Counted from the stretch's first letter, positions 18,678 through 28,216 are shown. The stretch: 64,000 bases of DNA from an uncultured Gammaproteobacteria bacterium (GCA_964503465.1 CAZCYZ010000002.1:70995-134994); one strand, 5' to 3'. Translations and numbers: made by a program. The notes: generated from the sequence alone by a model not told the origin.

Positions 18678-18884
18678 TTAAGATTCTTCTTCAGTGATAG
18701 AAATAGCGCCAACGGGGCAAGAAGAGATGGCGTTATTAACTTCAGAAGTGATAGTTTCGGGTTGATTGGTGACAAAGGCTTTGAAAGTTTTTTGATCGAG
18801 AGCAAAGGTATTGGGAGCAATTAGGGGGCAAGTATTACAGCCGATACATTTGTTTGGATCGACAACAACCTTTTTCTTTGACAT
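18678..18884 (-). CDS. Single-cluster ferredoxin
   Basis: CIGCNTC...CPVGAI. Confidence 0.93.
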   Translation of the reverse strand: MSKKKVVVDPNKCIGCNTCPLIAPNTFALDQKTFKAFVTNQPETITSEVNNAISSCPVGAISITEEES

Positions 18885-18893
18885 AGAGCCATT

Positions 18894-19397
18894 CTATAGT
18901 AGATTCTTTCTTGAAGCAAGATGATCTTGGTAAAAACTGCCAGCTTTGATGATGGCCTTTAGAATTAAGGTAATACGATCTTCGGCTTCGAGGCGACTAA
19001 GTTTTTTGAGATTATTTGGGAAGTAATGAAATATTTCGTTGCGACCAAATTTCCAAGCGTCCCAAAGGGTTTCGGCTAATTCCTCCCCCATTTGATGAAG
19101 ATCGGCTAGTTTTTGAAAAATAGAAAAGCGTTTATAGCGAAGGGATGGATTAAGGGTTTTGCCAACACGGAAACGGTCGGAGTGATAGGTATCGTGGTCA
19201 ATAATACCGGTGTCAAGAAAAAAGTCTTTGAGATAACCTTCGTAGGCTTTGGCAATGGGGGCTACAAAAAGAGAGTAATCACTAATATGATCTGGCTGGC
19301 GAAGGCAATTGAGTATGGTTTGGACGTCGTTGAGAAGTCCTTTTTGGTCGGGGGAAAGATATTGTAGAGCGGTGACAAATAAGTTGGTGGGAATCAT
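18894..19397 (-). CDS. RnlA/LsoA-like HEPN RNase domain protein
   Basis: DYS...P..KAYEGYLK and an RNEIFH (RxxxxH) motif. Confidence 0.75.
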   Translation of the reverse strand: MIPTNLFVTALQYLSPDQKGLLNDVQTILNCLRQPDHISDYSLFVAPIAKAYEGYLKDFFLDTGIIDHDTYHSDRFRVGKTLNPSLRYKRFSIFQKLADLHQMGEELAETLWDAWKFGRNEIFHYFPNNLKKLSRLEAEDRITLILKAIIKAGSFYQDHLASRKNLL

Positions 19398-19960
19398 GGG
19401 AGTTGGGACTGAATTAAGGTAAGAAACAGGAAGAGACAGATAATGCCGAAAATAGAAAGGTAATAGCCAAGGTAATTTAGAGGTAATTGTTTTTCCTCAC
19501 GGGCAAAAAGCCAATCTTGAAGGTGTTTGGGGTTGGAATAGTAATCACCAGTTTCATCAATGAGCAGGTGAAGATTGAGAGCCAAAAGGATTCCCAAGAT
19601 CAAGCTGGAACCGGAAATGGAAAAAACAAAAAGGGAAACAAAAGCGAGAACAATTTGAAAGAAGAAATGATGAAACACAAGATTGGTATGTTTTTGACTG
19701 GTAATTTCGTAAAGCTTAATGATGGCTTTATAATCACGGTGTTTGATGGCAGTAGCGGCCAGGAGGCTGTCGGGGTGTTTGGGATTAATAAATAGCCAGT
19801 AGATTAGGTGATCGATATCTAAGAAAAAGGCCCCAATTCCTAAACCGAGAAGTAATAAAAGGTGATGGTAAATTGGGACGCGATTTAGCGACCAGATAAG
19901 AGCGATAAAAAGAAAAATGCCAAGTAGTGGTAATAAATGGACTGAAAGTTCGCGTTTCAC
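19394..19960 (-). CDS. Membrane protein, YdjM-like metal-dependent hydrolase
   Basis: TM segments with DIDH, FHH and HLLID motifs. Confidence 0.6.
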   Translation of the reverse strand: MKRELSVHLLPLLGIFLFIALIWSLNRVPIYHHLLLLLGLGIGAFFLDIDHLIYWLFINPKHPDSLLAATAIKHRDYKAIIKLYEITSQKHTNLVFHHFFFQIVLAFVSLFVFSISGSSLILGILLALNLHLLIDETGDYYSNPKHLQDWLFAREEKQLPLNYLGYYLSIFGIICLFLFLTLIQSQLP

Positions 19961-19984
19961 TAAATATAATGTTAGCAGAAAAAA

Positions 19985-21202
19985 TTATTCGTATCTCAAG
20001 GCTTCGATGGGGGAAAGTTTGGAGGCTTTGCGAGCCGGAGCGACACCAAAAATAATTCCGACAATTGAAGAAACACCAAAGGCAAGGAGGATAGAGGTGG
20101 GGGTAACAGCCGCCGGGAAAAAGCGATTAATAATAAGTGTGCCGGTAGTGCCAATAATGATACCGATAAGTCCACCAAAACATGAAAGAATAATCGCCTC
20201 AAAGAGGAATTGAAGTAAAATGGCTCGGGGGAAAGCGCCAATAGCTTTGCGAAGGCCAATTTCACGGGTTCTTTCAGAGACAGTGACTAGCATGATGTTC
20301 ATAATACCGATACCACCAACAATTAGGGAAATAGCGGCAATACCAGTTAAGGCAATGGTGAGGGTGCTGATAATGGCATTGATGGAATTTAAAAGTTGGG
20401 AGCTATCGAAAACTGAAAAAGCATCTGAGTCATACCTCTCCAACATGATTTTGGTAACTTCTTTTTTGGTTGAGTCAACCAAATCTTTGCTGCTGGTCTT
20501 AACGACAATAGTGTTAATGTCCTGGTTGCCAGCGAGGTCGAAGGCAATACTAAGAGGAACGAAGGCGTGGTCGTCAATACTGGGGCCACCCATTGAAGCA
20601 CCTTTTTTGTCCAAGACACCAATAACTTTGAGATTCTTTCCCTTGATAACTATTTTCTTGCCTAGAGCTGAGCCAGAGGGAAACAAATCGGTAGCCAGTT
20701 TGTATCCAAGAACAATGACTGGGGATTTTTTGTCATCTTCTTCTTGAGAGAACCAGCGACCATTACCGCTTGTGGGGACTAGGTTGTTGTTGGGACCATA
20801 TTGGTAGTCTGAACCGGCAATTTCGATGGATTTTTTGGTAGTTTTAGCCGACTTAATATCGGCAAAGGTGACACTGGCGGGCATGACTGGAAAATTACGA
20901 AACTTTCGCTTAAGACGGTTGACATCCTTGTGGTCAAATTTAGTGGTAATCATGCCGCCGCTTCGACTAAAACCGCCGTTGTCGTTAAAGATTTTACCGG
21001 GATAAACATAGATAGAGTTAGCTCCCAGACTTTCAAATTGATCGTTAACGTATTTCTTGAGGCCGGTACCAATGGAAGTTAATAGAATAACTGAAGTGAC
21101 ACCAATAATGATTCCCAATGAAGTTAGAATGGTCCGGCTTTTGTTTTTGAAAATTGAACGAAAACTTGACTTGATTAAGTCATCGAGACTGGGTTTGAGC
21201 AT
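19985..21202 (-). CDS. MacB/FtsX-family ABC permease
   Basis: LTSLGIIIG, GGIGIMNIMLVTVSERTREIGLRKAIGA, PIEALRYE; start uncertain. Confidence 0.93.
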   Translation of the reverse strand: MLKPSLDDLIKSSFRSIFKNKSRTILTSLGIIIGVTSVILLTSIGTGLKKYVNDQFESLGANSIYVYPGKIFNDNGGFSRSGGMITTKFDHKDVNRLKRKFRNFPVMPASVTFADIKSAKTTKKSIEIAGSDYQYGPNNNLVPTSGNGRWFSQEEDDKKSPVIVLGYKLATDLFPSGSALGKKIVIKGKNLKVIGVLDKKGASMGGPSIDDHAFVPLSIAFDLAGNQDINTIVVKTSSKDLVDSTKKEVTKIMLERYDSDAFSVFDSSQLLNSINAIISTLTIALTGIAAISLIVGGIGIMNIMLVTVSERTREIGLRKAIGAFPRAILLQFLFEAIILSCFGGLIGIIIGTTGTLIINRFFPAAVTPTSILLAFGVSSIVGIIFGVAPARKASKLSPIEALRYE

Positions 21203-21893
21203 GGCCGTCTTTGATAATAATAATACGTTGGGCTTGGTTGGCGAGGTCAATATCGTGAGTCACAAAAACGATGGTTCGTTTTTCGACTTGATGTAAATGA
21301 TGGAATAATTCCATTATTTCCTTACCAGATTTACTATCGAGGTTGCCAGTGGGTTCGTCGGCAAGAATAATTTTGGGGTCATTAATTAGAGCTCGAGCAA
21401 TGGCCACCCGTTGTTGCTGGCCACCGGATAATTTAGCTGGAGTGTTGGAAGCTTTGTCTTCAAGTCCGACACTGGTTAACATTTGCATCCCCAATGATTC
21501 ACGATCCTTTTTGGGAACATCAGAGTACAGCAAGGGAAGGATGACGTTTTCGAGTGATGAAGTTTTGGGAAGGAGGTTAAACTGCTGGAAAACAAAGCCG
21601 AGGGTAACATTTCTAACTTTGGCCATTTCATTTTCGTTGAAGTGAGAAATATCTTGACCCTCAAGGAGTACTTGGCCGGAGGTGGGGTTATCGAGTAGGC
21701 CGATGATGTGCATTAAGGTCGACTTGCCACTACCAGATGGACCAGTGATGGCAACGAATTCGCCGCGATGAATTTGGAGTGAAACATGGTCGAGGGCATT
21801 AAAGGATGAGTTGCCAGAAATATAGGTTTTGGTAACGTCCTTAAGTTCGAGAACGACTGGGGATTTATTGAGAGCGGATGACGATTTGGTCAT
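21180..21893 (-). CDS. ABC transporter ATPase (MacB/LolD type)
   Basis: [29 protein letters not shown]. Confidence 0.96.
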   Translation of the reverse strand: MTKSSSALNKSPVVLELKDVTKTYISGNSSFNALDHVSLQIHRGEFVAITGPSGSGKSTLMHIIGLLDNPTSGQVLLEGQDISHFNENEMAKVRNVTLGFVFQQFNLLPKTSSLENVILPLLYSDVPKKDRESLGMQMLTSVGLEDKASNTPAKLSGGQQQRVAIARALINDPKIILADEPTGNLDSKSGKEIMELFHHLHQVEKRTIVFVTHDIDLANQAQRIIIIKDGHAQTQSR

Positions 21894-22914
21894 TAAGAGT
21901 GAGCCCGGTGGTAACTTCAACAGCATTGTCGTTTTCGATACCAGTAGTGACAGTTTGTTTGACCAGTTGATTGTCTTTTTTAAGCCAAACGTAACTTTGG
22001 TTGTCGTCCTGATAAATTGCTTCTAGGGGAATACTAAGGGTGTTGTTATCGGATTCCTCGAGGGTAATTAGGGCATCACCATCCATTCCAAGACGATAAT
22101 CAAGATCCTGGTTGTCAAGCGGTAACTTAAAACGAATTTCGTAAACAGTCGAGGATTCACCACTAATTGGAGTAAAAGCAATGTGGGTTATCTCTGACTT
22201 GATATTAAGATCGGGGAAGCTATCAAGCTTTATGGTGGCAATTTGACCAAGTTTTACCTTGGTAACATCTTCTTGGTCAATTTCGGAGCGAAGATAAATG
22301 CTTTTAGGATCAATGACAGTGAAGGTGGCGGTAGCAGGAGTAATGTTGACACCAGCCAGAGGTTGATCAATGGCAGTGACAACTCCGGCAATCGGGCTAT
22401 AAATAGTAGCCAATTTAAGCGTTAGTTCGGACAGTTCATAATCGATAACCTGATTGTTGAGGGTATATTGAGAGCGATCAAGAACTCGCTGAATGGTATC
22501 GGTAACTAAATATTTTTCTTTGGTGGTTTTGTAAGTGTCTTGAGTATCGTTAAAGGTATGGAGAGCGGCTTTATAATCGTTGAGTTCTTTGTCCAGGTCT
22601 TTGCGAAGTTCGGTTTTGTCAAGACTGGCCAGACCTTGATATTTTTTGACTCTATCCCCTACCCTAACCCCAACCCAAGCCAGTTTGCCACTGGTTTGGA
22701 AACGAACATTGGCAATATCCGAGGCACTGATTGAGCCAGCCAGAGTAAGATCATTTTGAATTTTACCGCTGGTGGGAAAAACTATTTTGTCTTTTTTGGC
22801 ATTGTATTTGACATTGTTGGTTTTTTGGCCATCATTGGCCTTTGTTTGTTGAATGCCCCAAAAAAGCCCAACGGCCAAAACGATTAAAAGAAATAGTTTT
22901 AGGTAACGAGACAT
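21865..22914 (-). CDS. MacA-like membrane fusion/adaptor protein
   Basis: TM, lipoyl halves (V.VGD.VK; SPIAGVV), helical hairpin. Confidence 0.9.
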   Translation of the reverse strand: MSRYLKLFLLIVLAVGLFWGIQQTKANDGQKTNNVKYNAKKDKIVFPTSGKIQNDLTLAGSISASDIANVRFQTSGKLAWVGVRVGDRVKKYQGLASLDKTELRKDLDKELNDYKAALHTFNDTQDTYKTTKEKYLVTDTIQRVLDRSQYTLNNQVIDYELSELTLKLATIYSPIAGVVTAIDQPLAGVNITPATATFTVIDPKSIYLRSEIDQEDVTKVKLGQIATIKLDSFPDLNIKSEITHIAFTPISGESSTVYEIRFKLPLDNQDLDYRLGMDGDALITLEESDNNTLSIPLEAIYQDDNQSYVWLKKDNQLVKQTVTTGIENDNAVEVTTGLTLNDQIVIRSQ

Positions 22915-22928
22915 AACCTTTAATTATA

Positions 22929-23210
22929 CTATGATTTGAGGGTTTTTAGCTTCCACATAAAGAGACGGGCGGAAGAGCGAACGGTGCCAGTGGTTTGATC
23001 TTTGACAAAAAGTCTAGCTTGTTCCAAAATTTTTCGGTCGGTATTTTTGGCCAGGCGAATATAGAGAGATTTATTTTTCCAGTCGTGGAGTTCTTTGGCT
23101 AGCTCTAGGCCATAGGCTTGGTGCTCAAGACTGACGTATTTTTTACGCTTGGCTAAAACGTCTCTAAATAGAGACAGAGTTTCGGAAATTTTGGTGGGTT
23201 TAGTTGCCAC
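22929..23210 (-). CDS. Hypothetical basic protein
   Basis: 93-aa ORF overlapping the upstream gene; no motif I can name. Confidence 0.75.
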   Translation of the reverse strand: MATKPTKISETLSLFRDVLAKRKKYVSLEHQAYGLELAKELHDWKNKSLYIRLAKNTDRKILEQARLFVKDQTTGTVRSSARLFMWKLKTLKS

Positions 23211-23427
23211 ATTTGTTGACTAATGCATCAAACTCTTCTCGTGTCGGGGTATCGTCTTCAAGATAGGCAAGCTGAAGACCGATCTTGTCCAATCTTTCGT
23301 TGAGTCTATTTTCAACCTTGTCGATTTTCTGATCGAGTTTTTTGACGTCTTCTCTGACATTGGCAATGTCTTCTCGGATGTTGGTCTGGCCGTCGAGAAT
23401 GGTTTGTAAGAGGCTGGTATCTGACAT
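23200..23427 (-). CDS. Small coiled-coil hypothetical protein
   Basis: Heptad pattern; TATACT 7 nt upstream of the ATG. Confidence 0.75.
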   Translation of the reverse strand: MSDTSLLQTILDGQTNIREDIANVREDVKKLDQKIDKVENRLNERLDKIGLQLAYLEDDTPTREEFDALVNKCGN

Positions 23428-23512
23428 GTATGAAAGTATAAATCTTTGGCGATATAATTAGTAGTAGCTTGGTGATGATATAGATTGATATGTTTAGGCA
23501 AGGTGCGGAAAA

Positions 23513-23586
23513 TGGTGGACTCGAGGGGAATTGAACCCCTAATCTACCCATGCGAAGGGTATGTTATACCGTTTAACTACGAGCCC
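23513..23586 (-). tRNA. tRNA-Ala(CGC)
   Basis: Anticodon arm TACCC-TTCGCAT-GGGTA, G3:U70 identity pair, encoded CCA. Confidence 0.95.
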
Positions 23587-23698
23587 GGAGTTGGCATATT
23601 TTAGCAATAATTGAGTTATAATTTTGGCCCAATGGCAAAATATGAGTTTTTGGGTTCTGGTTGGTAGTGTGTAGGCGTCAAATAAGAGTGGTGGTGTC

Positions 23699-24169
23699 TT
23701 AGGTTGTGCTGGACAATTTAGTGATTTCTTGGACGACAGTGTTGACTACGGTGGTAATGACCTTTTGCTCATTTTGGGTAAAGGGCTGGAGGACATAGTT
23801 TTCGACAGGGGTGGAATCGAGGGGGTGTCCGATGCCGATACGGAAACGCCAGAAGGCTTGAGTTCCAAGATGTTGGATGATCGATTCAATGCCATGGTGG
23901 CCGGCGGGCCCGCGGTCAAACTGGAGTCGCCACTCCCCTATCGGTAGGTCCAAATCGTCGTGAATAATATAGAGGTTGGCGGGGTTAATTTTGTAGAAAT
24001 GGATAATCTTTTGAACAAAGATTCCGGATTGGTTCATATAGGTATCGGTGATCAAAAAGTTAGGGGCCTGGGGGAGTTTTTGGATAATGATTTGGCCGAT
24101 ATTGTGGCGAGTATTTTGGTACTTTTTGTCGGGATTGCCTAAACCGATGAAGAATTTTGATGGAAGCAT
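23699..24169 (-). CDS. pth: Peptidyl-tRNA hydrolase
   Basis: GLGNP, TRHNIG, YMNQSG, HDDLDL, GHHG, RIGIG. Confidence 0.96.
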   Translation of the reverse strand: MLPSKFFIGLGNPDKKYQNTRHNIGQIIIQKLPQAPNFLITDTYMNQSGIFVQKIIHFYKINPANLYIIHDDLDLPIGEWRLQFDRGPAGHHGIESIIQHLGTQAFWRFRIGIGHPLDSTPVENYVLQPFTQNEQKVITTVVNTVVQEITKLSSTT

Positions 24170-24227
24170 GGGTATGATCTAATTTGATCTAGTGATTAGC
24201 ACTCAATTAGACTTGGTGCTAATTATC

Positions 24228-24620
24228 TTATTGTTGGTAGAACTGGTGAATATCAAAAAATAATGGTTCGACATGAAGGGTTATAAGTCGGTCACAATTT
24301 GACTTAAAAATTTCCTCCTCTGATTCGGGGACAAATGGGGTGGCAATAACGATTTGATTTTGGGGGTAAAGGTGGCGAAGCTGGTCGGTGTATTCGACAA
24401 ACTCATTGGCTCTGGTTGAGCCGTCATCGAGGATGACGGCGGTAGCGGGTTTGGTAAAGGAGACGTCGAAGAAAGGTTTGGTGTCAGGTGCTATCAATTG
24501 ACAGAAATCTTGAGCATCGGGGTTGATGTAGGTGAAGATGGGGGTGGTGAGGTTTTCTGATTTGAGAAGATTTGAGAGGGCAGAAGCGGCCTCAGAGTAG
24601 TTTTTGAAAATCGGACTCAT
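24228..24620 (-). CDS. Reduced phosphoribosyltransferase-like protein
   Basis: ILDDG, VIATP, CD.LITL and C-terminal QFY resemble the PRTase fold. Confidence 0.55.
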   Translation of the reverse strand: MSPIFKNYSEAASALSNLLKSENLTTPIFTYINPDAQDFCQLIAPDTKPFFDVSFTKPATAVILDDGSTRANEFVEYTDQLRHLYPQNQIVIATPFVPESEEEIFKSNCDRLITLHVEPLFFDIHQFYQQ

Positions 24621-26538
24621 TGATTATTTTAACCCCTAATTTTTTGGCGGCGAGATACTTACTTGATTGGGAGGGTGAGTTGGTAAGAAGATAGGTGGTT
24701 TTTTGACTGACTGATGTTAGGACCTGGCCACCGTTGTCTTCGATTCGTTTTTCAATGTCTTTTCGGGGGAGAGAGAGCTCCCCAGTGATGACAAAAGAGA
24801 GGCCCTGGAGCTTGCCGTGGTTGCGGAGATTCTTAATAGTTACTCGTTTGAGAATGGAGTTGATAATTTGGCGTCGTTGAGTTAGGCCATCAACTATTTT
24901 GGTAGCCAGGGTGGTTTTGAATCCGGGGATTTTGATTAAATCCGAGATGGTCAAGTTTTGAATTTTTTGCGGGGTGTCAATACCAGTGGCGATAACTTGA
25001 CGAATACGCTTTGAGGAGAAGTTGGGGATATTGGCAGAATCGAACACTTCGACTACGCTTAGTGTTCTTTTTGCTTGGATTTCGTTGATGATGTTAGAAC
25101 CTGATTTTTGCCCTAGGCCTTCGAGGCAAGTGAAGTCGGCGGTGGTTAGATCATAAAAATCGCCTGGAAGTTTGACCTTATTGGCGGTAACTAGTTTTTC
25201 GATAGTTTTGTCGGAGATATTTTTGATATCAAGTGTTTGGCAAAAAAGTTTAAGAATTCCCAGAGTTTGGGCTGGACAGCCAAATTTGTTGGGACACTTT
25301 AGGAATTTATGGTCAGTGATAAGTGGACTGTGACAAGAAGGGCAGAGTTTGGGGGGGGAAATTACCCCTGGCTTGACTTTGGTAATGACTTTGTCAATGT
25401 GGGGGATAACATCACCTCGACGGCTAACTTCAACAATGTCACCGATATTTAGGTTTAGGTTGGTAATAAGACTGTAATTGGCCAGTGAGACATAGTTAAT
25501 AATGGCGCCACTAATTTCAACTGGTGTGATTTTGGCTACTGGAGTAATATTGCCCATTGGGCCGGTTTGCCAATCAATAGAAAGAAGTGGGGTTTGATTG
25601 GTGCTGGCAGGGAATTTGTAGGCAACCTGATATTTGGGTCGGTTGTTTTGGGAGCCAAGTGTTTGGGCTAACTGATGATCATCAATTTTGACGACAATGC
25701 CATCGATGTCGAAGGGGTATTGAGAACGTTTGGATAGGTATTGTTGGTAAATTGCTTCGACTTGACTGAGGTGACGGCAGAGATGATTTTCGACCGGAGT
25801 GAAGCCAAGTTTTTTAAGTAAGGCGTTTTTTCGATTTTCGGTTTCCGGTTCGGGAAGGATGTCGACAGCATAAAGGCTGCAATATTCGGAATATTTCGAG
25901 TCAAGTCGTTGAGAGATACCTGAGGCGGCGTTGCGGGTGTTGGAGTAAAACCCTTCCCCATCCCCTTCTCTTGACAGGGCAGGGGTATCCTTTTTTACAA
26001 GTTGATTAAGTTTTTCAAAATCTTTTAAAGTAACGATTATTTCACAGCGGACAGATCCGGAGAAGTTTGATGTTAGCTCTTTGGGAAAATTTCGCATCCT
26101 AACAACGTTTTGGGTGATACAGTCCCCCGTCTGACCATCACCTCGAGTGATGGCGTCGGTGATTTGACCATTTTGGTATATTAATTCGAGTGAGAGACCA
26201 TCACATTTTGGTTGGACAACAAACCTGGTATTGTTGGGGATTTTTTTTAATTCAAAGTAGTGAGTCAGGTCTTCGTAGGTGGTAACTTTGTTTTGGGAAG
26301 ACATGGAGTGGAAGTGTTTTTTTTTGGTCCAGCCGGTGTCAAAATTGGGGGTGCCAACCTTGGTAAAAATTCGATGATATGGGTTTTTTTGATGGAGCAG
26401 GTCTTCCAAGGTGTCATAGGTATGGTCGTCCATAATTGGTTTGCCGCCAGTGTAATAGGCCTTTTTGGCATCAATGAGAAGTTCACCAAGTTCCTCGGGG
26501 GTAATTTTGTGAAGATCAAGGGAGTCAAGGGTGATCAT
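24592..26538 (-). CDS. ligA: NAD-dependent DNA ligase
   Basis: KCDG, TRGDG, DGIVVK, AYKF, Zn finger, BRCT; start moved to ATG 26538 (TATAAT 6 nt upstream). Confidence 0.96.
   Translation of the reverse strand: MITLDSLDLHKITPEELGELLIDAKKAYYTGGKPIMDDHTYDTLEDLLHQKNPYHRIFTKVGTPNFDTGWTKKKHFHSMSSQNKVTTYEDLTHYFELKKIPNNTRFVVQPKCDGLSLELIYQNGQITDAITRGDGQTGDCITQNVVRMRNFPKELTSNFSGSVRCEIIVTLKDFEKLNQLVKKDTPALSREGDGEGFYSNTRNAASGISQRLDSKYSEYCSLYAVDILPEPETENRKNALLKKLGFTPVENHLCRHLSQVEAIYQQYLSKRSQYPFDIDGIVVKIDDHQLAQTLGSQNNRPKYQVAYKFPASTNQTPLLSIDWQTGPMGNITPVAKITPVEISGAIINYVSLANYSLITNLNLNIGDIVEVSRRGDVIPHIDKVITKVKPGVISPPKLCPSCHSPLITDHKFLKCPNKFGCPAQTLGILKLFCQTLDIKNISDKTIEKLVTANKVKLPGDFYDLTTADFTCLEGLGQKSGSNIINEIQAKRTLSVVEVFDSANIPNFSSKRIRQVIATGIDTPQKIQNLTISDLIKIPGFKTTLATKIVDGLTQRRQIINSILKRVTIKNLRNHGKLQGLSFVITGELSLPRKDIEKRIEDNGGQVLTSVSQKTTYLLTNSPSQSSKYLAAKKLGVKIINESDFQKLL
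25947..25985 (+). repeat. Palindromic repeat copy B, in-frame inside ligA
   Basis: AAAACCCTTCCCCATCCCCTTCTCTTGACAGGGCAGGGG, similar to 59952-59989; read as PALSREGDGEGF. Confidence 0.75.
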
Positions 26539-26552
26539 GAGTTTATTATACT

Positions 26553-26588
26553 CAATCCCCCTCTTATCCCCCTTTGACAAAGGGAAGG
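26553..26588 (+). repeat. Palindromic repeat copy C (left end of DUF559 element)
   Basis: CAATCCCCCTCTTATCCCCCTTTGACAAAGGGAAGG. Confidence 0.8.
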
Positions 26589-26601
26589 ATATAATTTTTT
26601 A

Positions 26602-26960
26602 GTGAAAAGGATTGATTCTGAAGCCATTCACAGCCTGAGAGGCAGTGTCAGGTATATGAAGGATTTAGCCCTGATGGCAAGAAGAAATAGGAACAATCCG
26701 ACTGTGGCCGAAAAGATAGTTCGGAAGATCGATTTATCGCTGATTTTTATTGTTCCGAATTAAGTTTAATTATCGAAATTGACGGTGATTCGCACGACAA
26801 CAAACGGGGTACAGACAAAATAAGAGATAAATTTTTGGAATGTATAGGAATTAAGACGATTAGATTTACGAATGACGAAGTGTTGAATCATCTTGACAGT
26901 GTAAAAATGGTTCTGGAGGTCTCCCTTGTCAAAGGGAGATTTAGAGGGATTGGAAAATAG
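26602..26960 (+). pseudogene. DUF559 (Vsr-like) endonuclease pseudogene
   Basis: One frame gives ...ARRNRNNPTVAEKIV; another gives RFIADFYCSELSLIIEIDGDSH...DKIRDKFLECIGIKTIRFTNDEV. Frameshift near 26725, and the usual W..LR..KF.RQ segment is missing. Confidence 0.88.
26919..26952 (-). repeat. Palindromic repeat copy D (right end of DUF559 element)
   Basis: Minus strand CAATCCCTCTAAATCTCCCTTTGACAAGGGAGAC, inverted relative to copy C. Confidence 0.8.
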
Positions 26961-26986
26961 ATCTAATTGTATATATAATATGTATA

Positions 26987-27094
26987 GTGGTGGATAGTAA
27001 AATAAAGAAAATTTTGAAAGCGTGGTTGTATGGGGAATTGTCTAATCAAGAGCTGGCGAAAATGGCGGAGAAGAGTGTAGGTCTAACTAACTAG
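26987..27094 (+). CDS. Candidate 35-aa small protein
   Basis: MVDSKIKKILKAWLYGELSNQELAKMAEKSVGLTN; TATAAT (26974-26979) 7 nt upstream of GTG. Confidence 0.4.
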   Translation: MVDSKIKKILKAWLYGELSNQELAKMAEKSVGLTN

Positions 27095-28216
27095 GCAGTA
27101 GTAGGCACCTTTGGTGGAACCGCGCTTTTCAACTGCACCGGAATCGATGAGTTTTTTGAGGTCACGCCAAATAGTGTCGTCGGAAACCATAGGAAGAAGC
27201 GATTCGGCGTCGGGCATACGTAGACCACCAAATTGTTGCATGTATTCGACTAGTTTGATTTGGCGTTCGTTGAGGGCGACTTGCTTGCCACCAAGTTTTT
27301 GTTTAAGACGAAGGTCGCGGGAGAGTGATTGGACTTTGTCTTTGATACGGCCAAATTCGATAGCTAGTGCTTGGGTGTAGTATTCGATCCAGTGGGTCAG
27401 GTCACGTTTGAAAATGTCGAGAGCAAGGTCGTGAGTGGCTTGAATAGTGTTGTAATAATCTTCGGCGTTGCGGTCGAAGTATTCTTCCAGGGAGAATAGT
27501 CGACGAATGTCATAACCTTCAACATAAAGAGGCAGAAGAGCAAAGGCGCGACTACATCGTCCGTTACCTTCAATAAAAGGGTGGATGGCAACGAGAATAT
27601 ATTGACTAATGGCGGCACGAATGGCGGGGTGAACTTCATGTGATTGATAAGAATTGAGCCAGTCAATAAAATCAACCACAAAATAAGGAACTTCAACTGC
27701 TGGAGGTGGTCGATGAGCGATTTCGCCGGTACGAGTGTTTTTGAGGACAACCTGTTGGTGGCGATATTTTCCTAGTTCAGAATCGGGAATAACCTTGTTG
27801 GCAGTTAGTTCGTGGATTCGTTTGAGGATAGTTTGGCTGTAATAAAACGGGCGGGGTTTACCAGAGGCATCCGGTGGAGAAATAATTTTTTCTTCTGGAA
27901 GGGGTAAACCGGCATCGTAGAGGGACCACAGCTCTTCAAGATAGCCCATGACCTGACGATAATTGATAACTTCTTGAACATCGCGTTCCTGGGCGGTGAT
28001 CAGGCGGCCTTCGATGAGCTTGGCGACTTCTTGATAAGTAAGATCGTTACCTTCGATGCGGGTGCCGTAGTGAACGGTGCGAACAATGGCTTCGTGCTGA
28101 AATTGCTTTTCGTAGGCAGGAATAAGGGGGGCCTCGTCGATGACGGCTTTGGCGGCTTCGATGACACCAATATTTTTGAGAATCTGGTTATTGATTGAAA
28201 ATACCGGCGAAAACAT
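27083..28216 (-). CDS. Fic-family protein with C-terminal HTH
   Basis: HPFIEGNGRCSR; N-terminal TRIEGN inhibitory-like motif; DeoR-like HTH (TIWRDL..L). Confidence 0.93.
   Translation of the reverse strand: MFSPVFSINNQILKNIGVIEAAKAVIDEAPLIPAYEKQFQHEAIVRTVHYGTRIEGNDLTYQEVAKLIEGRLITAQERDVQEVINYRQVMGYLEELWSLYDAGLPLPEEKIISPPDASGKPRPFYYSQTILKRIHELTANKVIPDSELGKYRHQQVVLKNTRTGEIAHRPPPAVEVPYFVVDFIDWLNSYQSHEVHPAIRAAISQYILVAIHPFIEGNGRCSRAFALLPLYVEGYDIRRLFSLEEYFDRNAEDYYNTIQATHDLALDIFKRDLTHWIEYYTQALAIEFGRIKDKVQSLSRDLRLKQKLGGKQVALNERQIKLVEYMQQFGGLRMPDAESLLPMVSDDTIWRDLKKLIDSGAVEKRGSTKGAYYCLVS

Noticed and set aside
23220-23551. Overlapping minus-strand ORFs across tRNA-Ala
   Set aside because: Alternative frames over the tRNA and the 75-aa gene.
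26539-26580. ligA N-terminal extension MSKGDKRGIEYNKL
   Set aside because: It is the palindromic repeat and -10 box read in frame; ATG 26538 fits better.
26715-26763. Programmed frameshift in DUF559
   Set aside because: A conserved block is missing at the junction and no slippery heptamer is evident, so a deletion pseudogene is more likely.
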